This document shows, in pieces, positions 35,542 through 44,207 of a stretch of DNA of 44,207 bases (its first letter is position 1; every line of letters starts with the position of its first letter). The stretch covers positions 1-44,207 of the forward strand of contig CAIRND010000077.1 in NCBI GenBank assembly GCA_903879825.1, written 5' to 3'. This DNA comes from an uncultured Geobacteraceae bacterium (GTDB lineage Bacteria > Desulfobacterota > Desulfuromonadia > Geobacterales > Pseudopelobacteraceae). The notes below the pieces were generated by a model, which saw nothing but the letters and a program-made list of their open reading frames with translations, searched no databases and was not told where the DNA came from. The translations under genes and the position numbers were made by a program.

Positions 35542-35807
35542 CTTAAAAACTTATTTAATTTCAGTACATTATCAATTGAGACGTGCATTAAATCAGATTA
35601 TTTGTAAGCACATCCGACAAGAATGAAAATGTATCCGACAGCAAAAAAGTGATAAAGCGTGCAGTTCTGTATAAAAAGGTTCTTTGGATTATGTGGGTAG
35701 GATATTTCAGAGGGAGGCTAAGACTTTATTACAAAAGACAGTGAAAGAGCTCGTCGTGTCGTAATAAGTCGGTAGTTTTTAGATGCAAGTGCGAACAGTT
35801 AGCAGGT

Positions 35808-36806
35808 TTAAGGGCAGGCAAGAGCGTGTATAATTTTTTCCAGTGCAAATATTCTGTTTACAAGATCAAATGTGTCAATTCCCAGGCAGTCCTTTACCGA
35901 GGTAATTACCTTCGAGGCAGCTTCTTCCCTCCCCTCGTGTTCAACTGAATAGATGCGCAAGATTCCACCGACGGTCAAAACATCAACAAACCCTTCGTTC
36001 TCGCTGATCGCCACTACTCTTCCCGGAATTCTGCCGGAGTAACGCGGCGGGTTCTGGAGCGGGAGCGCCTTCCTGATGATTATTTTTTTTCCCTTTAGAA
36101 AGGTAAAGGCACCGGGATAGGGGTGACATAAGGAACGGATCAGGTTAAATATCTCTATAGTTGGCCGGTTCCAGTCAATCATGCCATTTACTGGTGTTCT
36201 GCTACAGCCGAAACTTCCCGTAGTATAGTCCTGTTTTGTCCGGGCAGCCGTCTCTCCAGCCAGTTGTGGCCAGCATTCCAGCACCAGCTCCACCGTCGAT
36301 CGGCAGATCTTTACGTACAGTTCCGGTGCTGTTTCGTATGGCTCAATGAGAATGTGCTTCTGCCCCACTAAATCGCCGCCATCCATTACTTCATTGAGAT
36401 AAAAGAGCGTTACTCCCGTTTCTTTTTCACCGTTGATAAGAACCCAATTGAGCGGTGCAAATCCCCGATATTTTGGAAGGAGTGAATCGTGGACAGCCAG
36501 TGTACCGAGTGGCGGCAGTGTGTATATCGTATCCGGAATCATGATTCGACAGCCAACGACGAGTGCTATATCCGGTTTCATATCGTCACGAATAATGGCG
36601 GCATAGTCTCTGTCTTTCATCCAGCGGGTTTCAAGCAAAGGTATGCCGTAATCACCGGCTAACTGCCTTATCGGCTCTTCATAACGTTCCAATTCATGAC
36701 TATCCTGGATGAGGCTGATTATCCCGCAAATGGAATGTCCTGCCTCTAATAAAGCCTGCAAAGTCTGATAACCGCGCTTCGTGCCGCCAATAAATAAGGT
36801 CTTCAC
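35808..36806 (-). CDS. Formyltransferase (Fmt/ArnA-N-like; probable sugar N-formyltransferase)
   Basis: MKTLFIGGTKRG...LAVHDSLLPKYRGFAPLNWVLINGEKETGVTLFYLNEVMDGGDLVGQ (the HxSLLPxxRG and Asp motifs of formyltransferases). Confidence 0.8.
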   Translation of the reverse strand: MKTLFIGGTKRGYQTLQALLEAGHSICGIISLIQDSHELERYEEPIRQLAGDYGIPLLETRWMKDRDYAAIIRDDMKPDIALVVGCRIMIPDTIYTLPPLGTLAVHDSLLPKYRGFAPLNWVLINGEKETGVTLFYLNEVMDGGDLVGQKHILIEPYETAPELYVKICRSTVELVLECWPQLAGETAARTKQDYTTGSFGCSRTPVNGMIDWNRPTIEIFNLIRSLCHPYPGAFTFLKGKKIIIRKALPLQNPPRYSGRIPGRVVAISENEGFVDVLTVGGILRIYSVEHEGREEAASKVITSVKDCLGIDTFDLVNRIFALEKIIHALACP

Positions 36807-36828
36807 CGTTATCTCCTCTATTACGTCT

Positions 36829-38094
36829 TCAGTAGACAGAATTAACCAGCAGCCCTTTCACCACTTCATCAGCTTCCTCGTCTTTCATGTCGTTAAAAAT
36901 CGGGAGAAGTATCACAGAATCTCTCGCCTTTTCTGACTCTTGCAGATGAAGGTTCGAAGCGTACGGGGGTTCCTGGTGCGCATTCATAATTCCCCGGCGG
37001 GTGGAAATACCGCTGTCGAGCAGACGCTGCATAAGTTCATCTCGGCTTATCGGCGAACCGCCTCGCATCCTGACGGGATAACTCTGCCAATTCGTCCTGC
37101 ACTGCGCTGGTTCATGTGGAAGTTCAATGCAGGATACATCTTTCAGCTTTTTACGATAAATATCCGCTATTTTCCTGCGCCTCTCCAGAAAAACCGGCAG
37201 TTTATTTAATTGTTCAATACCAATTGCGGCCTGAACGTCAGTCATCCGATAATTGTATCCCGTGGTCACGTACTCTTCAAATAACACCTTGCTGGATCCA
37301 TGCCGCACAGTGTCAGGGATGCTCATAGCGTGCTGACGAAGCAGACGAAACTTTGCATCATATTCCGGATTGGCCGTTGTTATCATGCCACCGTCACCTG
37401 TCGCGACTATCTTGCGCGGATGAAACGAAAAGCAGGCGATGTCGCCATGGGGTGTGCCTATTTTCTCCACACTTCCGGCACTATATATTTCGCTCCCTAT
37501 CGCACAGGCAGCATCTTCGACTACCGGTAGACCGAACTCATGTGCCAGTGCAAGAATGGTCTTCATGTCACACGGCATGCCCATCTGATGAACCGGCATG
37601 ATTGCAGCCACTCGTCCCGTTAAACGCTGAGGTGCGGGTGACCCGGCGCCACTGAGATCACGCAGTGGTGACTCACCAATAGCGAGTCTGGATATATCGC
37701 GGTAATACAGACTTCCATCCCTCACTTCGCATTCCTCATACAGACATATCCTGAGACATTCCGGTGACATGTTGTAGGTACCCGGATCAATATCCACAAA
37801 AACCGGTTCAGCAAAACAATACCGTATCGAATTTGCTGTTGCGATGAAAGAGTGGCTCACCGTAATTACAACATCACCCGGTCGTACACCGACGGCAAGA
37901 AGCGCCAGGTGCAGAGCGGTTGTGCAACTGGAAACGGCACAGGCAAAAGGTGCGCCGACGTATGCGGCAAAGGCTTCTTCAAACTGTTTGACCTTTGGCC
38001 CCTGCGTGAGCCATCCCGAAAGAATTACTTCCCGAACGGCTTCTACCTCTTCATTTCCGAGACATGGTTTTCCTATTGGAATCATTTTTAGCAC
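36829..38094 (-). CDS. DegT/DnrJ/EryC1/StrS family sugar aminotransferase (PLP-dependent)
   Basis: IPIGKPCLGNEEVEAVREVILSGWLTQGPKVKQFEEAFAAYVG...FSFHPRKIVATGDGGMITT (PLP lysine context). Confidence 0.9.
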   Translation of the reverse strand: MLKMIPIGKPCLGNEEVEAVREVILSGWLTQGPKVKQFEEAFAAYVGAPFACAVSSCTTALHLALLAVGVRPGDVVITVSHSFIATANSIRYCFAEPVFVDIDPGTYNMSPECLRICLYEECEVRDGSLYYRDISRLAIGESPLRDLSGAGSPAPQRLTGRVAAIMPVHQMGMPCDMKTILALAHEFGLPVVEDAACAIGSEIYSAGSVEKIGTPHGDIACFSFHPRKIVATGDGGMITTANPEYDAKFRLLRQHAMSIPDTVRHGSSKVLFEEYVTTGYNYRMTDVQAAIGIEQLNKLPVFLERRRKIADIYRKKLKDVSCIELPHEPAQCRTNWQSYPVRMRGGSPISRDELMQRLLDSGISTRRGIMNAHQEPPYASNLHLQESEKARDSVILLPIFNDMKDEEADEVVKGLLVNSVY

Positions 38095-38107
38095 CTCACC
38101 ACTATGC

Positions 38108-39076
38108 CTATTGCTGTCTGGCGAGAACTTCCTGTCGCCACTGAATAAGTTGCCGTAATCCGTCCTCCACGCTCACCTTTGCTGCAAAGCCGAGCAGTTC
38201 CTTTGCTTTACGTGTGTCTGCAAGTCGCCGTGGTACCGGGTTCACCGTGCGCTCAGGCATAAATTCCGGTTGCAAACGAGATTTTGTGACTCTGAGTAGT
38301 GCTTGCAACAGCCCTAAGAGACTGGTCTCAGTTCCGCTCGCTACATTGAAAACTTCGTCAGTAATATCTGATTCCATTGCCAGGATATTGGCGTCGATGA
38401 CATCGTCAATGTAGACCATATCCATGGTTTGCAAACCATCACCGAAAATCAACGGAGTTTGTCCCGCCTCAATCCGGTCGATCCACCTGACCAGGACTTC
38501 CGTGTACTTGCCATCAATATCCATACGGGGTCCATAGACATTGAAGTAGCGCATGGCGACATACTGGAGGCCGTACATCTCTGCAAATGAACGAACCATC
38601 CCCTCCCCCGCTACCTTCGCAGCCCCGTAATAGGTCCGGTTATTATATGGATGGTGCGTCTCATTTGTGGGGAATACATCGGCAAGTCCATAAATTGAAG
38701 CTGACGAGGCATACAACAATCGGCCCACTTTCTGCTCTACTGCTGCCTGAAGCACATTATGTGTTCCGACCTGCATGACTTCCATGGCTTCGTGGGGATT
38801 ATCAGCACATGCCGTGATCCGGATAGCGGCCATATGGAATATGCCATCCATTCCGGCAGCCAGTTTCGCGAGCAGCTCCACGTTACGTATATCCCCCTGA
38901 ACCAGCTGAACTCGGGGGTCTTTCAGTTGCTCGTTAATATTGTGCATGCTGCCACGCACAAAATTATCCAGCAGAATTATCTTTGATGCCCCGCCGGCCA
39001 AAAGCCGGTCAGCTATATGAGAGCCCATCAGTCCGGCACCACCGGTTATCAAGAACTTATTACCATTTATTTTCAT
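38108..39076 (-). CDS. NAD-dependent epimerase/dehydratase (SDR; 4-epimerase, dehydratase or decarboxylase type)
   Basis: FLITGGAGLMGSHIADRLL, YYGAAKVAGE (YxxxK), GDGLQTMDMVYIDDV. Confidence 0.85.
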   Translation of the reverse strand: MKINGNKFLITGGAGLMGSHIADRLLAGGASKIILLDNFVRGSMHNINEQLKDPRVQLVQGDIRNVELLAKLAAGMDGIFHMAAIRITACADNPHEAMEVMQVGTHNVLQAAVEQKVGRLLYASSASIYGLADVFPTNETHHPYNNRTYYGAAKVAGEGMVRSFAEMYGLQYVAMRYFNVYGPRMDIDGKYTEVLVRWIDRIEAGQTPLIFGDGLQTMDMVYIDDVIDANILAMESDITDEVFNVASGTETSLLGLLQALLRVTKSRLQPEFMPERTVNPVPRRLADTRKAKELLGFAAKVSVEDGLRQLIQWRQEVLARQQ

Positions 39077-39095
39077 AGAGGGACCCCCACATAAT

Positions 39096-40784
39096 TTAAG
39101 CTAAACCTTCCATATCAGTCGTATAGAGTTCTTCCTCATGAACCGGGAATGAAAAAAATTCAGAGGAATCAGGAATTAACGTTTTGAAGACCTCATGCAC
39201 AGCCTTTGCTACTCTACCCTGCTGACTTTCTGTCAATTCAGCAAACATAGGTAAAGAAAGGACTTCATTAGCAGCCGATTCTGTCTGGGGAAAATCCCCG
39301 GCCGTATAGCCGAGATATGAGTACGCTGGCTGAAGATGAACCGGGATGGGGTAATGAATTCCGCTTTGGATTCCGTGCGCCGTTAATGCCTTCTGAAAAG
39401 CATCCCGTTCCGGGACACGAATGGCGTATATATGATATACATGCCGGTTAAAGGGGCTTTCGAAAGGTCTTTTGGCACCGGAACCGGCCAAAAGTTCATG
39501 ATAGAGATTGGCATGGTCTCGGCGCGCTTCGGTCCACTCTTCAAGATGCCGCAGTTTGACACCAAGAATTGCCCCCTGCATTCCCTCCATACGGTAATTA
39601 TACCCCTTGAGAATGTGGCAATATTTGCTCTCTGATCCCCAATCACGCAACATACGAATCGTATGATCATGCTTCTGGTCATTTGTAGTAACCATACCGC
39701 CTTCGCCGTATGCACCAAGATTCTTGCCTGGATAAAAGCTGAAGCAACCCATATCACCAATACTTCCGACCCGGCGACCCTTGTATTCGGCCCCATGCGC
39801 CTGACAGGCATCCTCAATAACGATCAGCCCATGCCGCCTGGCTATTTCCAGAATTGGGTCCATATCTGCCGACTGACCATGAAGGTGAACCGGCAAAATG
39901 GCCTTGGTGCGTGGTGTAATGGCTTTCTCTATCTGGCTTACGTCAATCGTTAACGAATTTGGATCGACATCAACAAAAACAGGCGTGGCACCGGTGTACA
40001 CAATCGCTGCCACCGTCGCAACAAAGGTAAAGGAAACCGTGATAACCTCATCTCCAGGTCCAATACCGGCAGAAAGCAACGCGAGATGAAGCGCACTGGT
40101 TCCGGTATTGACTGCAATCCCGTACCCGGCATGCTGATAGGCAGAAAAATCACGCTCAAATGCCGCGACCTCTTCACCCAGAATAAATGAACAGTTTTCC
40201 ATAACCCTGTTGACTGCGGGTTGGACTTCCGCTTTGATTGACTGGTACTGTGCCTTCAAGTCCAGATACGGCACAGGTTTCGGCCCTTCCTCTCTAACCA
40301 CGGCTTCACTTTCGATACTTCGGACAAAGCGGGCCGGAATTCCGGCGACAACGCTCTGTGCCGGAACATCTTTGGTAACAACACTTCCTGCACCAACGAT
40401 GGCGTTTTCACCAACGGTAACGCCGCACAGGATTGTTGAACTCGTGCCGATTGAAGCGCCCTTTTTCACCAGAGTCGGAACGCAGACCCAATCAGCTTCA
40501 GTCTGCGGCTGCCCGTTGGCCGTTGCACGGGGATACTTGTCGTTAATGAAGGAGACATTGTGTCCGACAAATACGTCATCTTCTATGGTAACGCCTTCAC
40601 AAATAAAAGTATGACTTGATACTTTGACGTTTTTGCCGATTTTGGCATTTTTCTGGATCTCTACAAAAGCACCGATTCTTGAGTTATCGCCAACCTCGCA
40701 TTCATAGAGATTGGCAAAATCTGATATCCTGGTGTTTTCGCCCAGCTTTACGTTCCTGATGCTCTGTTTTGAACTGTCACTCAT
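39096..40784 (-). CDS. Fusion protein: N-terminal hexapeptide-repeat (left-handed beta-helix) N-acetyltransferase (WbpD/WlbB-like) + C-terminal DegT-family aminotransferase (WbpE/WlbC-like)
   Basis: N-terminal hexapeptide repeats: [72 protein letters not shown]-terminal part: [16 protein letters not shown]...[20 protein letters not shown]. One continuous 562-aa frame. Confidence 0.85.
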   Translation of the reverse strand: MSDSSKQSIRNVKLGENTRISDFANLYECEVGDNSRIGAFVEIQKNAKIGKNVKVSSHTFICEGVTIEDDVFVGHNVSFINDKYPRATANGQPQTEADWVCVPTLVKKGASIGTSSTILCGVTVGENAIVGAGSVVTKDVPAQSVVAGIPARFVRSIESEAVVREEGPKPVPYLDLKAQYQSIKAEVQPAVNRVMENCSFILGEEVAAFERDFSAYQHAGYGIAVNTGTSALHLALLSAGIGPGDEVITVSFTFVATVAAIVYTGATPVFVDVDPNSLTIDVSQIEKAITPRTKAILPVHLHGQSADMDPILEIARRHGLIVIEDACQAHGAEYKGRRVGSIGDMGCFSFYPGKNLGAYGEGGMVTTNDQKHDHTIRMLRDWGSESKYCHILKGYNYRMEGMQGAILGVKLRHLEEWTEARRDHANLYHELLAGSGAKRPFESPFNRHVYHIYAIRVPERDAFQKALTAHGIQSGIHYPIPVHLQPAYSYLGYTAGDFPQTESAANEVLSLPMFAELTESQQGRVAKAVHEVFKTLIPDSSEFFSFPVHEEELYTTDMEGLA

Positions 40785-41785
40785 AATTTAATCTCCTTTC
40801 CACGATGCTTGATAGACATCTCTGAAGCTTCCAGTATCTTTACGACATTCAAACCGCTCACACCGTCAGTCAATGAGGTACGTCCCGTCTGAATACAACC
40901 AGTGAATTCTCCAATCATGCGGCTTAACGCCTCGGTTTGATCCAGCCTGGGTGCCCACATATCCCCCATGCGATAGGACACCCGGACATCACGAACCCCT
41001 TCAGGAGAAGTAATATCCACCCCCCGATCGTAGACTTTCACCTTTTCGCTCACCTCCATATCATCATAATGAATCGTCTTTTTGCTGCCTCCAACCAGCA
41101 TAGTGCGAATCTTGACCGGTGAAAGCCAATTATTATGGAAGTGGGCAATCATCCCACTCGGGTAGTAAACAGTCAGATAGGCAACATTCTCGTGGCCGTT
41201 GCCAACATGGCAGGAACCGGTAGCACAAACGCTTGACGGTCTTTCCTTGACCAGATGTTCCAAAATGGCGATGTCATGAGGGGCGAGATCCCAAAGAACA
41301 TTAACGTCACGCTGGAACAGTCCCAGATTGATACGTACCGAATCGAAGTAATAGAGATCACCCAAGTCACCTTGGTCAACGATCTCTTTCATCTTGCGCA
41401 CTGCACCGGTATAGATGAAAGTATGGTCAACCATGTAGGTAACCTTGTGCCTTTCAGCAAGATCCAGAAGCTTTTCCGCCTCGGCCACCGATGTCGTGGC
41501 CGGCTTCTCAAGAAGCACATGTTTGCCATGTTCCATAGCCTTACGGGCAAAGTCAAAGTGAGTAGCAACTGGCGTCGAAATAGCGATTGCGTCCACCAAT
41601 GGATCGTTCAACAGGTCATCATAGTCAGTAGTTGTACCCACTGAAGGGTATTTGGCTTTGACCTGCGCAAGGCGATCTTCACTCGCATCGCAACACGACA
41701 CAACACACGCATCTTTCGAATCCTGAATATTCCTGACAAGATTCGGCCCCCAATAACCGTAGCCTGCAACTCCAATGTTAATCAT
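40781..41785 (-). CDS. Gfo/Idh/MocA oxidoreductase, WbpB/WlbA-like (nucleotide-sugar 3-dehydrogenase type)
   Basis: [19 protein letters not shown]...[14 protein letters not shown] overlaps with both neighbours (40781..40784 and 41782..41785). Confidence 0.8.
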   Translation of the reverse strand: MINIGVAGYGYWGPNLVRNIQDSKDACVVSCCDASEDRLAQVKAKYPSVGTTTDYDDLLNDPLVDAIAISTPVATHFDFARKAMEHGKHVLLEKPATTSVAEAEKLLDLAERHKVTYMVDHTFIYTGAVRKMKEIVDQGDLGDLYYFDSVRINLGLFQRDVNVLWDLAPHDIAILEHLVKERPSSVCATGSCHVGNGHENVAYLTVYYPSGMIAHFHNNWLSPVKIRTMLVGGSKKTIHYDDMEVSEKVKVYDRGVDITSPEGVRDVRVSYRMGDMWAPRLDQTEALSRMIGEFTGCIQTGRTSLTDGVSGLNVVKILEASEMSIKHRGKEIKL

Positions 41786-43062
41786 GGCAATTGACCTCCT
41801 GTGAAATTACATGATTGATAACCAGCGGCCTCATTCGGCATAAACCACTCTCCCTGTTCGTGAAATACTCCGAAGTGAGTATTCAGCAGGTCGTGCCGGA
41901 CATGAAACGACTTCCCGACTTGAGCGCAATAGAGATGTTCAAATTTGGCATCTCTGACCAGTACGTAGATGCTGTATGATTCAGAGACTAAGTTGAGCGG
42001 CGGAGTTAACAATTCTATCGAGCCATCTGTTTCCAGTATGGGAACTGTGAAACCGTCCATCACGGTATTGTAGTTACAGCACGCAACTTCATCTGAGCGT
42101 ATAAATGATATGAGAAAATTTGGGTTCACAACTGTCCGACGAACACTGAATTTCAGTCGAATCCTCATCCTTTCACCATAGTTAAACATGCACAATTGCT
42201 GTCCATTTTCGTTATAAGTCTCTATATCCTCGACGTAAACATCCCATTGGGAAGGATCTGCTCCGATGGCGTTAAGCGCCCAAGGCATTGCACTGACTTT
42301 GCTCTCCTTCTCATACATTTCAATCGCATCTACAGGGGAGCCATCAAAGCTGATTTTTCCCTGTGACAAAAGAATGACCCTGCTGCACATAGACTTTACT
42401 GCGAACATGTTGTGCGAAACGAAAAGTATGGTTGAATTATTTTTCCGCAACTCCTCTGCGTACGCCATACACTTTCTCTGAAATTGCAGGTCACCAACGG
42501 AAAGAACCTCGTCTATCATGAGTATTTCCGGCTTTAAATGTGCGGAGACGGCAAAAGCTAAGCGTACGTACATACCGCTGGAGTAATGTTTAACCGGCGT
42601 ATCGATAAACTTATCGACCTCAGCAAAATCGACAATCGCATCAAACTTATGATTGATCTCCTCCCTGGTCATGCCAATAATGGCACCGTTGAGATAGATA
42701 TTTTCCCGCCCGGTGAGTTCCGGGTGAAATCCGGTTCCTACTTCGAGCAAAGAGCCAACTCTGCCAAAGATCTCTGCCCGACCTGACGTTGGTGCAGTTA
42801 TCTGAGAAAGTATCTTCAACAAGGTGCTCTTCCCCGCGCCGTTATGGCCTATGATGCCGACAATTTGTCCCTGATCGATTGAGAAGGAGATATCGTTCAG
42901 TGCCAAAAAAGATGTTTTTTCTTTGGAAGGTCTATCCTTTCGACGACAGATAAATTTAATAGTGTCTGTAAGTTGATCACAAAAGGTGTCATTGCGGCGT
43001 GTTGCCCCTGCGATCCAGTATTGTTTGGATAAATTTTCAACTCTGATTGCGGTGCTATCCAT
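41782..43062 (-). CDS. wzt: Polysaccharide ABC exporter ATP-binding protein with C-terminal extension (Wzt-like)
   Basis: Walker A GHNGAGKSTLLKIL, signature YSSGMYVRLAFA, Walker B ILMIDEVLSVGD. About 175 extra C-terminal residues, consistent with a Wzt carbohydrate-binding domain. Confidence 0.9.
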   Translation of the reverse strand: MDSTAIRVENLSKQYWIAGATRRNDTFCDQLTDTIKFICRRKDRPSKEKTSFLALNDISFSIDQGQIVGIIGHNGAGKSTLLKILSQITAPTSGRAEIFGRVGSLLEVGTGFHPELTGRENIYLNGAIIGMTREEINHKFDAIVDFAEVDKFIDTPVKHYSSGMYVRLAFAVSAHLKPEILMIDEVLSVGDLQFQRKCMAYAEELRKNNSTILFVSHNMFAVKSMCSRVILLSQGKISFDGSPVDAIEMYEKESKVSAMPWALNAIGADPSQWDVYVEDIETYNENGQQLCMFNYGERMRIRLKFSVRRTVVNPNFLISFIRSDEVACCNYNTVMDGFTVPILETDGSIELLTPPLNLVSESYSIYVLVRDAKFEHLYCAQVGKSFHVRHDLLNTHFGVFHEQGEWFMPNEAAGYQSCNFTGGQLP

Positions 43063-43103
43063 TTAAATCCCCTGTACGTCAATAAATATGAATTTACTTT
43101 TTT

Positions 43104-43952
43104 TCAAATGATGTCAGCAAACGTCTGCTCCATATTTTTGAAATAGACAAGACCACCTAACAACAACAGCATCATCGCGACAGAACTAACCGTCATTATC
43201 ATAAAATCTGGTCGCGCCGTTCCAAGTACCGCCCACCTGAAACCCTCTATTACCCCAACTATGGGATTAAGTCCGTACAACAGACGCCATTTTTCCGGAA
43301 CCATGTTCAATGAATACACAACGGGAGACCCATACATCCATATTTGAATCAGGAATGGTATAATATGCCCCACATCTCGATACTTCACATTGAGTGTCGT
43401 CAGCCAGAGACCAACAGACAGAGCCGTGACCAGCGAGAGCAAAATCAATGCCGGGAGCGCGAGCAGACCCCATGTCGGCACGACGCCATACCAGACCATC
43501 AAGAGAATCAGCATGATGAATGAAAATAAAAAATCGACTAAAGGAGCGAGCGAAGCTGCGAGCGGGATCAACAGCCGGGGGAAGTATATTTTGGTAATCA
43601 GATTAGCACTGCCAACCAGGCTATTTCCGCTACGAAGGAGGGCTTGGGAAAAATAAGTCCAAGGGAGCAATGCAGCAAATGAAAAAAGGGGATAGGGTTT
43701 TCCATCTGATGAAATATTGGCTAATCTGCTGAAGATGATTGTAAAAATCACCATAGTAATAAAAGGTTGCAGAACAGCCCAGCTCGCTCCGATAGCAGTC
43801 TGCTTGTAGCGAACCTTGATATCCCTCCAGACCAGAAAGTAGAGCAATTCACGATACTGCCAGAGAGAGAGAAGATCCAGTTGAAAAAGACCTTTATGTG
43901 GTTGAATAACAACGGATGGTTTCCGTAGTGTAGCAACGGGGAATGTATTCAT
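43104..43952 (-). CDS. wzm: ABC-2 type polysaccharide exporter permease (Wzm-like)
   Basis: 282 aa, with about 6 hydrophobic helices. Typical ABC-2 start: YRELLYFLVWRDIKVRYKQTAIGASWAVLQP. Confidence 0.9.
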   Translation of the reverse strand: MNTFPVATLRKPSVVIQPHKGLFQLDLLSLWQYRELLYFLVWRDIKVRYKQTAIGASWAVLQPFITMVIFTIIFSRLANISSDGKPYPLFSFAALLPWTYFSQALLRSGNSLVGSANLITKIYFPRLLIPLAASLAPLVDFLFSFIMLILLMVWYGVVPTWGLLALPALILLSLVTALSVGLWLTTLNVKYRDVGHIIPFLIQIWMYGSPVVYSLNMVPEKWRLLYGLNPIVGVIEGFRWAVLGTARPDFMIMTVSSVAMMLLLLGGLVYFKNMEQTFADII

Positions 43953-44013
43953 AGTGACATTTCCTTTAATAAGAGATTCACGACATCTGAGACTCTTTTA
44001 TGAACGAGCACTC

Positions 44014-44207
44014 TTAAAATACTTTCTTGATCTCGATCATCGCTCGATTAACGTGCCGGTTATCAGTTGCAATGCCCGGAGAGTAGTATCCTGTGTAAAT
44101 GTACGTGATTGAGGCTGTCAATTGCTTACCCACAAGATAACTAAGCCCGGAATCAACCTGGAACCGCCTGGTATAACTGCTCTGTTGTTCGTACTTTTCC
44201 ACAGTAA
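44014..44207 (-). CDS. C-terminal fragment of a probable outer-membrane beta-barrel protein (partial; 5' end lies beyond the right edge)
   Basis: The frame is open to the window edge; the track Met is a GTG and there is no stop upstream. Alternating pattern LTASITYIYTGYYS, ending in ...IEIKKVF (terminal Phe typical of OMPs). Confidence 0.45.
   Translation of the reverse strand, partial: TVEKYEQQSSYTRRFQVDSGLSYLVGKQLTASITYIYTGYYSPGIATDNRHVNRAMIEIKKVF

Noticed and set aside
35389-35807. Riboswitch or small RNA in the 419-bp gap
   Set aside because: I saw only short, weak inverted repeats (for example aagcgg...ccgctt) and no recognisable conserved riboswitch core. The evidence is insufficient to call an RNA element.
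39383-39817. 144-aa minus-strand ORF nested in the acetyltransferase-aminotransferase fusion gene; similar nested ORFs at 18238..18711, 6513..7019, 10895..11377 and 20003..20407
   Set aside because: They are out of frame inside well-supported genes, with compositionally odd (Arg/Pro/Cys-rich) translations and no start signals.
1-44207. Mobile genetic element, prophage or defence-island signatures (integrase, transposase, tRNA, direct-repeat borders)
   Set aside because: I found none on either strand. Every long ORF is explained by glycan synthesis, export or secreted modular proteins. I noticed no tRNA-like or rRNA-like sequence in the few intergenic gaps.

Overview
All recognisable genes in this 44.2-kb window are on the minus strand. 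They form one contiguous cell-envelope glycan locus, probably from a diderm bacterium (PEP-CTERM protein, OMP-like fragment, Wzm/Wzt exporter). In transcription order (right to left) the window holds: an OMP-like C-terminal fragment; the wzm/wzt ABC exporter; nucleotide-sugar genes (WbpB/WlbA-like dehydrogenase, a fused acetyltransferase-aminotransferase, an SDR, a second DegT aminotransferase, a formyltransferase); and a 419-bp AT-rich gap. Next comes a five-gene block: a PEP-CTERM protein plus four Sec-signal proteins of 1056, about 2642, 1283 and 1021 aa. After a 238-bp gap with a perfect hairpin come eight glycosyltransferases (4 GT2, 4 GT-B), a Wzy_C/O-antigen-ligase-like membrane protein, two secreted or unknown proteins, and oxidoreductase/epimerase genes. 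The last of these runs off the left edge and is missing from the ORF track. The most unusual content is the block 16505..34664. Its four giant proteins share one domain grammar: DUF4082-like domains, Ig-like/FN3 repeats, different enzyme-like cores, and a shared module of about 207 aa that I cannot assign to a known family. That module is present five times and is always the extreme C-terminus. I propose this block as a candidate undescribed surface or matrix enzyme-display (or glycoprotein) system coupled to the glycan made by the flanking genes. I saw no rRNA, tRNA, CRISPR array, transposase or integrase. All domain names come from motif recognition by eye; no database search was possible. 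Sub-gene coordinates are derived from residue counts and may be off by a few codons.
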